Below are positions 47,895-59,834 of a DNA stretch of 64,000 nucleotides, in pieces. The notes beneath the pieces were generated by a model, which had not been told where the DNA came from, ran no database searches, and saw only the letters and a list, made by a program, of their open reading frames with translations. The translations under genes and the position numbers were made by a program. The DNA comes from Diplonema japonicum (Eukaryota; Protista; Euglenozoa: Diplonemea): NCBI GenBank assembly GCA_964019335.1, contig OZ025673.1:62001-126000 (forward strand), in the 5' to 3' direction. The stretch's first letter is position 1, and each line of letters starts with the position of its first letter.

Positions 47895-49490
47895 TCACAG
47901 CAGGTCCAGCTCTCTGTCGCTGACGTCTGAAGTGGAGAGACGCTGCTGTTCCATCTCCATCTCCATCTCCACGTCGGTGTCTGCCTCGTTAGGAATGAGC
48001 TGCTCTGCGGGGGACAAGATATCGGTGGGAGATGAAGCACGGCGCAGGATGGCGGTTTGGACTGCACTGACTTCTGTGAGGTTAGGAGAGGCATGCGTAG
48101 TGTCGGTGTCTGTGGCAGTGTCGTCAGTCCTCTCTGAAAGCTGCTTGAGTAGTGCCTCTTGCCTTTGCTCTGCGCCCTCCCTTACCTCTGCGACCTTTTC
48201 CTTATGCATCTCCCGCTGTTTAGCGGAGCTCGCTCGAATCGCCTCCAACTTCTCCCGCAGCCTCTGCACCTCCTCCCCAGCCTCCACCTCTTTCAACTGC
48301 AGCTCCCCAAGCTCTGCCTTCCGTTTCCCAAACTCCTTCTCCGCCTTGTCCTCTATCGCCGACCGCGTGCTCGCCCATGAATCAGGTGCTTCTTTGCGTT
48401 TTTCCATATTCCGTAGCTCTTCGTCGCTTTTAGCTATCAGCCGCCCGACCTCTTCGCACGCCGCCTTGGTGGCGTCTACCTGCTCACTGTACTTCATTAG
48501 CTTCCCTCGCTGGGCTTCGATCTTGTGCTCCATTTCTGCCTTCAGTCCTGTAAGCTCGTTGCATTTCTGCAACGTGGACTCCTCAAGTTCCACCAACTTG
48601 TCTTGCAGCCGTTTGCCTTCTATCGGAATGGTGCACCGCTTCTCGAGAGATGCTTGCTGTGTCTCCCCCACCTTGAGCAGCAGCCTGTCCTTCACCTCAT
48701 GCTGCGCTTCGACTCTGTCGGTTATCGTGCGCACGTCCTGCTGCAGAGACGCCGCATTGACTTGGTACTTTCTCGCCTCCTTCTTAAGGTGCTCTACGGT
48801 TGCGTCTGCGGTTCTGATCGATTCACGTATCTCGCGCAGCAGCGCGGTGGTCATCTCTGGCGTCTCTATGTTTTTCTTCTTCTGCAGCTTCTCTCGCAGC
48901 TTCGTCATCTCTCCTTCCAGAGTGCTGGCTGCCTCCGTGAGCCGCTCGTAGTGTTTGTAAGCATGTTTTGACTTAAGATCTTTTGTCTCATCGATAGTTG
49001 CCTTCAGCTCCTCCATCATGACGGCCATCCTCTCCTTGCAGGCAAGCGTCCGCGTCGCCTCCGAGAGCACAAAGGCACCGCATGCGGAGCGGATGTTCTT
49101 CTTGGCTGACCCCTTGGCTCGTGCCTTTTGGGATCTGAGGGACTCGACGTTGCCCTCTGCATCAAGAAGTGCACGGTATTTGCGCTCTTCGTGGAGGACA
49201 TCACAGGAAAGGCGCCGATGACAAGTGTTCAGCCTGTCCTTCTCATTCTTGAGGCGTTGGATGTCTTTCTTGACGACGAGGAGCTCTGCGTAGACCTTCG
49301 CAGCAAAGCCTGTGACTAGCTGGAGGCCCTCAGGTGCAGGAGGTTGTGGGTGCGATGGCTGGTAGTACCTGCCGTAGAGTCGACTGCGTGTAACGGTTGA
49401 TCCAGGGGAAACCCCGTTTGCTGTGGAGGGAGCTTTGTGCTCCTCCCATGCTTTTTTTGCTTTGGAAGCGTCGGCTTTTTCTTGCGACCC

Positions 49491-49529
<39 letters not shown>

Positions 49530-49961
49530 CCACGAGCTGCTGGTTTGTTCCAACTTACGCGCAAATTCAGCACTGCTAAGAGGTGGCGCCGTGCCCTTCG
49601 TGTTTAGCTTTTTTAACGTGGCATTTTCGTGCTTCAGTGGGCTTGGTCCTTTCGCTTCTTTGGTGAGGCCACTACTCTGGCTGCTTGAGCTGGAGCTGGA
49701 GCTGGAGCTAGAGCTTCGACTCCTGCTACTGCTTGAGCTGCTGCTTCGACTTTTGTTGCCATCGCTTTCCCATCCTTTCTTCACCTCGGGTTTCTCCTCC
49801 TTCGGCTGTTCTTCAGGTTTCATCTCTGCTGCTTTGTCCTCGAGCTTCTCTCCTTGCGCCTTCACCTCTGGCGTAGCCTCCGTACGTTTATCGTTTGGTG
49901 TGTATGTCTCAAAGCCGTCATCGTAGCCATCGTCATAACTATCGCTCCCCGTGTCGGACAT
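47895..49961 (-). CDS. Coiled-coil protein with a Ser-rich, low-complexity N-terminus
   Basis: Long ORF with heptad-rich C-terminal half; likely ATG 49961 (MSDTGSDS). A (CCCTGT)n repeat near 49491-49530 encodes GTGTGT. Confidence 0.75.
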
Positions 49962-50200
49962 CGCTGTATGAGGTGCGCAAATGCAAGCAAAGCAAGAGAA
50001 ACAATAAAGAGAGAAAAACAGGAAAGAACACTTCACGGTGGAAGAGATCACGAAAGAAATGGGGAGCTATTGTGCTCCCCGAAGAAAAAAAGTAAAAAGG
50101 GGCGGAAAAAAAAAAGGGGGTTATGAGGGCAAAAGGGGAGAGGGAAAAGGGAAAAAAAAACAACAATCACGCTTGGGTATCACACTAATCTTGATGATGC

Positions 50201-51199
50201 TCACATCCTCTTGGCGAGGGGAACGCCCGAGACGGAGGGGTCAACGTAGGCACCACCGCAGTTGGAGCCGTCCTCGTTGCAGGGGTAGTTGGTCTCGGTC
50301 CACTTGGCGGGGGTGGCCCAGTTGCAGGTGTTCTCAACGCAGAGGTCCTTCCCGAAGCCCCTCATCACCCTGAGGTAGCCCATCTCGCCCCAGTACTCGC
50401 CCCAGGAGTTCCTCACGATCCAGTAGGGCTTTCCGGCGTCGGTACCCCAGCCCACGACCGAGATGGCGTGGTCGGCACCGCCGCAGAAGCCCTCGGCCAC
50501 ACCGCCGTGGTAGCTCAGGATCTGCGTGGCGTCGATCCCGCAGGCGACGGGCCCACGTGCGTAGATCTCCTTCATGATGGCCTGCTCCCCCGTCACGTCG
50601 CCGTGCTCGGCGATGGTCGCGTTGGGGAAGTGGTCGATCGGCGCGCACTTCCCGCCGTTAGCGGTGAAGGTGGAGCACGTCCTGCACACGTTCATGTCGC
50701 TGCACTTCGTGTTCACCTTCCTGCAGAAGCCCTCGTCAGACTCGCTCGAGCACGCGAGGTACGGGTTGCACGTGTCGAACACGACACCGTCCTTGTTGTT
50801 GTGGATCCAGTTGTAGGCACCCCCGGACGACCCCCCGTGGCAGGACCCGGCGTTCCCGCAGTTCAGGATGTGCTGCACCGCGAGGTTCACGTCGATCCCC
50901 TTCCCCTTCCTCGCGATCTTGATGCGGTCCCCGAGGGCCGACACCGCCGCGTGCGCCCAGCACGACCCGCAGTACTGGGGGATGTGCTGGTTCAGGTTCT
51001 TCGTCAGGTAGTTCTCCCCGTTGATGTTCCCCCACGAGAAGTCCGTCGGCAGGTCAGCGTCCGACACGTACGTGTGCGGCAGAGCGCTCACAACGTGGTC
51101 CTTGAACCCCGCTGCCTTCTCCTGCTCCTTCGTCCACAGGAACGACTGCTTCGCCGACGCACTGCTCGCCAGCAGCACCATGAACATCGCGGAACGCAT
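50201..51199 (-). CDS. CTSZ: Cathepsin Z/X-like papain-family cysteine protease
   Basis: Signal peptide, short propeptide, NQHIPQYCGSCWAH (HIP mini-loop), DHAISVVGWG, WIVRNSWGEYWGE. Confidence 0.95.
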   Translation of the reverse strand: MRSAMFMVLLASSASAKQSFLWTKEQEKAAGFKDHVVSALPHTYVSDADLPTDFSWGNINGENYLTKNLNQHIPQYCGSCWAHAAVSALGDRIKIARKGKGIDVNLAVQHILNCGNAGSCHGGSSGGAYNWIHNNKDGVVFDTCNPYLACSSESDEGFCRKVNTKCSDMNVCRTCSTFTANGGKCAPIDHFPNATIAEHGDVTGEQAIMKEIYARGPVACGIDATQILSYHGGVAEGFCGGADHAISVVGWGTDAGKPYWIVRNSWGEYWGEMGYLRVMRGFGKDLCVENTCNWATPAKWTETNYPCNEDGSNCGGAYVDPSVSGVPLAKRM

Positions 51200-51294
51200 T
51201 ATGTTGAGTTATAACTGTGAAAAGGTTGTGATAACAAAAGGAAGACAAAACCTAACCCGTTCAATACTGCAAAATAAAGTTAGTCACCTCAAAC

Positions 51295-51543
51295 CTAAAG
51301 TGTAGCTGGCACGGGGCCAAGGTCCCCCATTCCCGCGGCTGCGCTGGCCTGCGGTGTGTCACGGATAGTGGTGGTTGTGACAACCGTCTTAGAGCCCAGC
51401 CGCCTTACCTGAACGAACGTTTGCTGTGGGTGCGGCATCGGTTCATGATGCACGACTGCGCTCACCAAAGAGCCGGCTATGTACTTCTTGCTGACAGTGC
51501 CTGTGAAGCCAGTGAAGGTGTTTATGCTACCCGCGGCCACCAT
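51295..51543 (-). CDS. Possible small protein (82 aa)
   Basis: ATG-initiated ORF on the cluster strand filling a GC-balanced gap between two genes, preceded by a pyrimidine tract and AG; no homology recognised. Confidence 0.4.
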   Translation of the reverse strand: MVAAGSINTFTGFTGTVSKKYIAGSLVSAVVHHEPMPHPQQTFVQVRRLGSKTVVTTTTIRDTPQASAAAGMGDLGPVPATL

Positions 51544-51637
51544 TTCGGATGTGTAAAGGAGTCCCTGTGCGTGGCTATGCGGCCGGAAATAAAAAAAAGA
51601 AGAAAACCAAAATAACTCGGTCCTTTCTTCTGCCGCT

Positions 51638-52727
51638 TCACTTCTTCACGTAACCCATCCCACCACCTTCTAAGCTGGTGCGGTCCAGGGCACCGGTCGT
51701 CTTCGTGACGTTTGCAAATCTGTGTTTTTCTTTCTCCCCTCTCGTGTTTGCAACATACCCTCCCGAGTAGTCCTGGAAGTAGTCAGGTCGGTTCTTCATG
51801 AACCATATGGTTTTAGCTATGTTGTAGTCATCTAAGTCACGCTCCGCCTTGCCTGCTTTCAAGTGAGCGTGACTCACATCCAACCCGAATCCCACGGAAC
51901 AACAGGTTCCCACAGTCACAATGGGGTGTGCGTTCCGAAGAATACCAAGCAAGATAAGACCCGTAACACCTGTTTTTTTCTTTTTTTTTCTTTTTTTTTC
52001 CCTTCTCTTTTTTTCTCTCACCACCCTCTCCCCCACCCATACCAGCAGTTGTGGTCCAGAGCCCTCCAATGTTCCACTTGGTGTCGGTGATCTTTTTCTC
52101 AAGCATCGCCTGCTCCTCTGACATCGAATCGTGAGTTTTGAGAACACCGAAATTTGTCACCGGGTAGTAATATTGCCGTTTTGGCCAGTTTCCGGGCTCA
52201 GAGGCTGCGGACTCCATCCAGGAGGTCGGGGAAATAGAGGTGTAGAGCGACGCGAGTGCGGATGACGTAGCCCTGCGGTTGAGGTCAGGTCGCAGTGCAT
52301 CGATCTCCATAGCTGTGTCACGACGGGTGACAATGCCTAGTTGTTCTCGGTCCATCCACTCTTGGTACGTCAGCCGCGTGTCTGGGATGGCGTCCTCAGG
52401 GTGGTAGAGGGCCTCGTCCTCTCTTGTCGCAGCGATTTGCAAACTACTATGCACCTGCTTCACCTTGGCGATATGCGAGCTCAAAATCTTTTTCTGCCGT
52501 TCCTCATCTTCAACCCGGTAGCTCCCTTCTTTCTTCTTCCACTCCATGTGTGCTTCGAATTCTTCCTTTGCCCGCTTTTCATAGTCTCCTAGCTTAGCAT
52601 TCTGATAGATATCCATGTGGTGCTTGCTGCCATAGTGCCAACGTATTTCCATGTCTTCTTGAACTGGGGTCGGTTCATGCTTCATTTCTGGTGCTGCCCT
52701 GAGCAGGTTGGCGATGATGTCAAACAT
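51638..52727 (-). CDS. Hypothetical protein with hydrophobic segments (possible membrane protein)
   Basis: A 73-nt GTATG...ACAG intron (51970-52042) joins ORF 51837..52727 to 51638..52147 (WTTTAG|VTGLILLGIL). Confidence 0.7.
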
Positions 52728-53029
52728 TTATTTATAACCCCTCCCCCTTCTTCTTTTTATTTGTAAGAAAGAAAAAAAAAAGGTGGGGTAATTATTTGTT
52801 TTTTTGTAAAAAAGAAACCAACAACAACAACAACAAAAAACCACCTTTTTTCTTTCTTCTCTTTTCGCCCTTTCTCTTTTTTTTTTGTCTCTTCGCATTC
52901 TTTTTTTTTGGGGGGGAACATAAAAAGGGGGGGGGGGAGGTTTTCATTTCAATAATAAAATAAAAAACAAAAAGGAAATAGTTCCCATCACATGCTTGGT
53001 CCTCTCTCTTGCATTCGTGGAAAGTATAG

Positions 53030-53118
53030 GGAGCTCACGAAAGGGGGGGGGGGGGGGTGCATCATAATAAGGTAAACACGGTGCTAGCCACTTTTGTGTG
53101 TTTCCCTGTAATAGTGAA
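53030..53118 (-). repeat. Dispersed short element, diverged inverted copy (copy 5)
   Basis: GGGGTGCATCATAATAAGGTAAACAC..GGTGCTAGCCACTTTT...TAATAGTGAA aligns to the reverse complement of the 38625 copy (GGGGAGCATCATAAGGTAGGCAC..GTTGCTAACCACTTC...TCATAGTGA). Confidence 0.65.
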
Positions 53119-53229
53119 TTTCTTTCTTTTTCCTTGCTTTCTTTCTACAACGGAATTCTTGAGAGAGGGCCTGCATGATGGGAACTTATCTAAAACAAAC
53201 TAGAAGAGAGTTTAAAAAGAAAAAAGAAA

Positions 53230-53258
53230 TCACTGATGGAAAGTGCTAGCAAACGGCC
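53230..53258 (+). repeat. Dispersed short element, degenerate 5' part (copy 6)
   Basis: TCACTGATGGAAAGTGCTAGCAAACGGCC after an A-tract. Confidence 0.55.
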
Positions 53259-54241
53259 TCCCATCATTTAAAAAAGAAAAAAAAGGAAAAGGAAAAAGAA
53301 ATTCAGACTTTTTAAACCATAAAGGCACTACAATTAGTCACAAAAGAAAAAAAGAAAATAAACCACCTCATCCCTTGCTTTTTTTTTTTTTTGTTTCTTC
53401 TTTTTTTTTTCTCGTGTAATCCAAAATTGTTTTAGTAATAACACGATCCAGAAGGGCATGTCGCACGCACTGTTGCGGGGAGAACTGAATACTCCCCCTA
53501 AAGGACCATGCCCTATTGACAGTACTCCCCCCCCCTCCCCCCCAGACGGCCCTGTCTTATGGACCATGGAACCAAGGGGACAACGAGACAATAAGAAAAA
53601 GGGGAAAATAGCAGGCGATTCGTAGGTATAATTTCAATTCGAAAAAAAAAAAAGAAAAAAAAAACTATTCCGGCACTTCTTGTTGATCTGTTGCGCACTT
53701 GTGGATTTTATAACCGCTGGAAAGGTTTTTGTTCTACAAAAAAAAAAAAAGCCTGTATAAAAACCACCTAGCTGCGCGCTGCGCCGACAGATAATATACA
53801 AAAAAAGAAAGAAGAAAAAAATCGCATTGAGCAGGATTTATACCACAGATCTAATCCAGATGGCACGTTTTGAGTGCGAAAGAAGAAGGAGCTACTCCTT
53901 TTCTTCTTCTTTTTCTTCTTTTTTTTTCTCCCCCTGTTTCTTCTTGTCTCCCCTTCTCACCTTTTCCCTGTTTTCGTACACCCCCCCTTTTTTTCTTTTT
54001 TTTGTTTTTACAATATTATTGTTCGAGACTTAAAGAAAAAAAAAAAACCAGTTGATGGCAGCGTAATGAGCTACTTTAGCCTTTAAGTAAAATTCCGTTC
54101 GTGACAACCAATCTAGTTTTCTTTTCCCCCCTTTTTTTCTTTCACCCTCCCAATTTTCCCGAGGAAACTGAGACGAACGTTATCTCAAAAAAAAGAAAAA
54201 GAAAAAACGTTAACAAAGCCCTTTAGAAAAGTTTTTTTTTT

Positions 54242-56004
54242 TTATTCAGGAGGAACTTTCCCGTCGCACGTAGCGAGGTTGAGGGCCAGCTCAAGTTCAC
54301 CAGGTTGCGCTTTGCCCTCCTTGTTCTGAAGGGGCCACCGGGCAATGATGGGCCCGACGCACAGCTCCTCCAGCAGCTCCGGCATTATGAGATCAACCTT
54401 ACCGAGGTGTTCTTTGCTGAGCCTCTTGTTGCCGAAGATGCTTACCCTAATGCAGTCACCTTTGGGAACGTCGAACTTAAGGTCCTGCTGCCACCTGTGG
54501 GTGAAAGGTGTGTCTTTGTTTCCTTTTATTTTCAACATACACAGCAGGTCCGAGAGTCCCGCTCTTCTTTTCGCATGTGACAACTTTTGTTGTGACCTTT
54601 TGTGGATTGGCGTGATCGCTGCCCACCTTGTCCCCTTTCACCTCGCGAAGCTTCACCTCGCAGAACGGCTTCGTGCTCCCCTTGTCGCTCAACCCCAGTG
54701 CCTGCACCACCCTCATCTCGATTTGCATCATTTTGCTGTCGTCGACCAGCTTCAACCACTGCTCGATCTCTTCTTTTTGGTCGTTGTACTGTTCATTTTT
54801 TTTTTTTTTCCCCTTCATTTCCCCTCAACACACCTGTTTCAAGATTTCCTTGTCCTCATCGCTCATCATCAGTGGTGGTAGCACCGTCTGTGGGTGGCAG
54901 TGGGATTTGTTCTGGTACATACAATGTCGAAGGTCATCTTCTTCTGTTCCCTGAGCGACCTGACGGACTCGATGAGTGTCTCTTGCGAGTCGACGACGTG
55001 CCCGTCTACCCTGAGAAGGAGGCTTGCGGACTTGACCCCTGCCCTTTGGCATGCGCCTGTTGTTTGTTGTTCGTTGTTTTAACGTGATGCACACCTGACA
55101 CTTCAATGATACGAACCCTTCCCGCCCCTGCCAAGCAGTCCAAGCCAAGTGCCTCGTCCACAGCCTCCAATGTGATTTTGACAGTTTCTTCCTTCAGCTC
55201 TTCTTCGGCTTCTTCTTCCTCTTCTTTTCTCTTCTGTTCTTCCATTACTTTTGCCTTCCGTTCGGCATGTTTCTTCTCTGCTTCTGCCTTGGCTGCTACT
55301 CTCTTTGTCTCTTCTTCACGTTCTTTTGCAGCTAGTCGAAGAACCTCCTTCCTCTCCGCTTCTTTCTTCTCTGCTGCTGCTTTTTTTTCCGCTTCGAGTT
55401 TTTGCTGCTCGGCTTCCGCTGCTTCTTTTTTCAAGCGTTCCAGCTCCTCTTGTGCCTTTATCACAGCTTCTTCTGTTGCGGCACGCTCGTTGGAGGCAGC
55501 TTGTGCTGCTCGCTCTGCAGCTTGCCGTTCCTTCTCAGCTGCAGCGGCTGCTGCTTTGTCAGCATCAATTTTCTTTTGAGCAGCTTCCGCTGCTGTTTTT
55601 TTCTCTGCCTCAGCACGTGCGTCTGCAAGTGTTTTTTCTTTCTCTGCTTGTTCTGCAGCCTTTTTCTCGCCTTCAAGTCTTTTCTCCGCTTCCTTTCTCT
55701 GCGACTCTGCCTCAATAGCCTTCCGGTCTGTGTCGATCCTCTCCTGCTCCTGGTCCTTCTTTTTCTCCTTCAGCTTCTTAACCATGTCGTCCAACGTACT
55801 CCCGTGGTCCTTTTCGTCCGTCAGTTTCGTGATCTTCATTGTCACGACACGCTCCATCGCAGCGATGAAGTCGCCCCCGTCGCCCATCAGCGACCATATC
55901 CTGGCCACCTCTCGCACTGTCAGCTGTTTGATGAACTCCGCCAAGTCTTCCGACGGCTCCTTCGCCATCTTCTGCACGTACAGTCTATGAATCTCGTCTT
56001 GCAT
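54242..56004 (-). CDS. Coiled-coil protein with PDZ-like and C-terminal C2 domains
   Basis: Introns 55057-55094, 54888-54922, 54789-54833 and 54495-54540 join the fragments. C2 pattern: VVQALGL..PFCEVKL..T.V..PAVWQQDLKF..RVSIFG..LGKVDL..WPL..GELELAL. Confidence 0.75.
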
Positions 56005-56075
56005 TTTGAGTGCCTTCCACCTATGTGTGATATGAGCTAAGCACCGACACAGCCGCTACACTAATGTTAATGTTA

Positions 56076-57623
56076 CTACAACTCCTCGTCTTCGTCCTCC
56101 TCTTCCTCCACCGCCACCCCAGTGCTCTTTTTTATGAAACCCGTGATGCCCTGTTGTTGTGTTGCTTTATGTCATGTCGCAAGCACACCTGGAGGGACCT
56201 CGCCCCTGTGAACTTTTTGACATCGCGCGACCCTGCTGGGACAAAGATGATTGTTGGATACCCATCCATCTGTATGACAGTAGTTGTGGCTCAGCATGCA
56301 CACCTGGTACCACTCGGGGACGTCGTTCGCAGTTGCGTCGAGCATGGCGATCGTGATGCTGGTGTCAGCGGCGTACTGCATGCGTTGTCTTTGCGAGTGA
56401 ACATACCGCCTTGGCGACCTCTTTGTAGGCGGGTGTCATGGCTTGGCAGTGGCTGCACCACGGAGCGTGCATGAAGAGCAGCACATTCTTCTTCCCACCC
56501 ACAACGTTCTCAGTAGTGCTGCCCACCAATGTCGTCAAGCCCCTGTGCACAGGACTCCCTGGGGCCGGCTCTGACCTAACAGTGCGAGAAATCTTGCCCT
56601 CAAGGAAGGCTGCAAGCCAGTTTGTTATGGTGGGAACAGCGATCTAATGTAATGTTGTTTTGCTGAAGGGCATACCTTGCCGGTGAAAGCGTAGTGGGCG
56701 GCACCGTCCTCGATGGCTACAGCAGGGAAGACACCCTGACGCAGCCCCAGCTGCTCCATCATGGGCGCGTACTTGACACCGTCGATCCAAACCATGGAAA
56801 GCGTACCTTTGAAGTTTCCGGCGGTCTCTTCCATGACAGCCTTTGAGGCAGCATCGGTGCCGCTGACAAAGAGCCACACAATGGGAAGGTCGCGTGCTGC
56901 GTAGGACTCGAATACGGTGCCCGGCTGCATCTCCCCAAAGAGCGGGAAGGAGCTGTCGGTCACAAACTTTGCGACGTTCGAGGCAGTGAACTCTGCAGTA
57001 AAGTCAGAGGTTACATCGTCCTTCATGGTGTGGATATAGGGGGCAGGCTTGGGGGAGAGGGATGGGTCTGCCTGAATAAAGTAGTGCACACCACGCATCG
57101 TGTTAGCAGCGTGGGTAAAGGCGAGAAGCTCAGAGCTGTGCGATGTCTCGAAATACCCGATAGCAATCGTGGGCGACACTGCCTGCTTTGCCGCGGTGAT
57201 GATTGCGTCGAGCTGCGCTTTGTTCCCTGCATTCAGAACTGGTTCTTCTGTAGCAATTCTCCTGACGAACACTGCAAGGTCCTCTGCCTTATGCTCTCCC
57301 TTGTACTCCAGTGACGTGTCCGTCCTCCCGTTAAAGAACACCCTCACAGTGGGGAATCCCGAGGAGTGCTTGGCGACGAGGTTTGCCTCAATGCTGGCAT
57401 CGACATTTCCCATCAGCACCTGACCTTGCATCTCCTGTGCCACCCTTTCATACTCAGGAAGGAACTTCTTGCTGTGTGCGCACCACGGAGCGAAAAAGCT
57501 GACCACTACAATCTTGTGATCCTTCACTGTCTTGTCGAATGTGGCAGCCGTGATGCCCACTACATTCCCTTCACACCCCGCACTAAGCAGCACCAACAGC
57601 ACGATGCTCATCCGGAGCAGCAT
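56076..57623 (-). CDS. PDI: Protein disulfide isomerase (a-b-b'-a'), ER-retained
   Basis: Signal peptide; FFAPWCAHS and HAPWCSHC; DATAND; GYPTI; acidic tail ending DEEL*. Introns at 56644-56675, 56376-56406, 56270-56303 and 56151-56188. Confidence 0.9.
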
Positions 57624-57758
57624 CTTAATAGAGTGTCTTTTCTTAGTCCTATATGTCTCGCCTATTTGCAGCCAAACAAGCACAAGAAAATAAAAGGCTA
57701 CTGTAATTCTAGGCCTAGTTAGGTAGTGTGTAAATTAATATACTTATGTCTCTCGTAA

Positions 57759-59718
57759 TCAATCCTCCGGGTCGGGTGTTCCCTGTAAAGAAATTAAATC
57801 GATTACAAGTACAATTACATACTGGTATTCCGAGCCAATTGCCGATTGCTTTGGGGACGCCAGAGTTGATAGATATCGTTGCATCAGAGGTGCGGAGTAG
57901 AGGAGAAGAGGAGGGGCACATGCCGTTGAGCATGAGCTGGCCGAGCATCTTGTCGACGCGCCAGTTGCGGGAGCAGCCTTCGTCCAACGTTGAAGTGAGG
58001 GTGAAAAGAAGACAGTCGCTTGGGGAGGCACCGAAGTGCATGCCTTGGTGGCAAAAATTATGCCCATTGACATGCCCCAAGATAGTACTGTATCTATCCA
58101 CGACCGACACCTCAGGGAAGTCTCTCTTCAAGCTCCGTGCAAGCAGCATGTTGTTATGGTCTGCTGCGACCATTTGCGACTTTTGCCCTACGGTCCTCCA
58201 GCACAGATAGGACAGCTCGTCCACATCCTTGTACTCCCTCTTACTGTGTGTACACTGTGGATGGGCTAGGTTCCAGTGAATCTTCGCATTCGGCGCCATC
58301 TCCTTCACCATCAAAATGGTGTTCTTCACTTTGTGGTAAAACGTCTCCCAGATGTCGATGTCCAGGTCCCACAGAAACCCATTCAGGACAACGTGGTTTG
58401 GGTTCCCGCGCAGCGCTGTCGTGAACTCTGCGCGGGCCTGCGTGCAGAACGACTTTGTGCACGCATACCCGTAACGTGTCTTTTGAAAATGGTCGAAGGC
58501 TGAAGGTCGTATCCCCCACTTTGTATACCTCTTGACACCTCCGCCCCATACAAACTGCGCTGTGAACGATGTGTTGCGATCTGTCGGGTTGTACCTCACG
58601 CCGCCCCACTTCCTCATCGTGTTCAGGTCAGGGCAGTACCGTCTTCCCAAAGCCTTCCCCACGCACTTCGGGGAGTAGCATTTCTTCCGCTTCCCGACGT
58701 TGACCGCGTTGACATTGCAGTGCGCCTTTGCCCATTTATACGACTTGTCGCCCAGCACAGGTGTTCCCATGAGGTTCTCGACGAGGTTCGACACCGTCTG
58801 CCGCAGCGTCGAGTCACCAAAGAAGAGGATGTTCTGGTTCTGGAGGCACTCCCATGCGGAGTCCCTGTTGAAGAAGCGCAGGTAACAGATGTTTGGGACG
58901 AAGAGCCACCCGTCAATGTCCATGAAGCGCAGGTCACCCGTGCAAAACCCAGGCGAGCAAGAGTAAGGTGGCGCGGTGTACAGCCAAGAGCCTTCTAAAC
59001 CACCTGTGTAGTCCGGAGAGCAAGGCTGTGAGGGAAGCACGTCGGGGCCCGTAACATCGACAGTGATGCACGTTGGGTTCAGGTCGGGCTTTGTCCCAGA
59101 ACACCATTCCTTTGGGTTGCCTAGCGACGTGTGGCTGGTTAGGTGCATGCGGCTTAGCGCGGAGAAGTTGTACGGCTGGTATGTCCCGTTCCCCCACCGC
59201 GGGACGCCCTGCAAGCGTGCTGTGTAGTAGAGCCGGACACAGACCTTGTAAGAGCCTTTTCTACGGGGCTTGAAGCTGCCCTCGTACACGCCCTGTCCTT
59301 TGCTGCGGATCTTGATGCCAGCAATCTCAAGAGGCGACTCTGCCATCATTTCATACATATCGCCCTCGCTACATATTCTGTTTCCGTTGGCATCTCTGCT
59401 GGTGATGCGCACTGCGACCTCATCACCTGTCCGGTGCTCCTTGCCCACCACCTCGACGCTACTTTGCTTGAGGTCCGTCATAGGGATGTTCATGTCCACG
59501 TGCTGCGTTGTCAAGCCTTCGTTGTTATAGATACCTACGTGCCCTTCCCGTGTGCACTCATCTGCACCCCGCCGTGTCTTGTTTGCTGCTTTCGTGTCAT
59601 TGACATCGATGTTCTCTCGTAACTTTGGGCGCAAACGAAAGGAAGGCGCCATCCCATCATTCAGCATGAAAGCCGATATCACGAACACCAAAATAAAAAC
59701 AAGATACCAAGGGGTCAT
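57759..59718 (-). CDS. NXPE/PC-esterase (SGNH-like) type II membrane protein with a filamin-like Ig domain
   Basis: N-terminal TM (MTPWYLVFILVFVISAF); SRDANGN..GD..GVYEGSF..GSYKV Ig repeat; CLQNQNILFFGDSTLRQ; VVLNGFLWD. Intron 57783-57822 gives the C-terminus GTPDPED*. Confidence 0.8.
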
Positions 59719-59834
59719 GGTGCCCTCTTGCTGTGATGGAACTGGGTTCAAGCAATTAACAAATACAAACAAAACATTTGGGAAGAAAACGAATAACGAA
59801 ACCAGAGCACAATAGGTTCTGCCGTAAGACAGAA

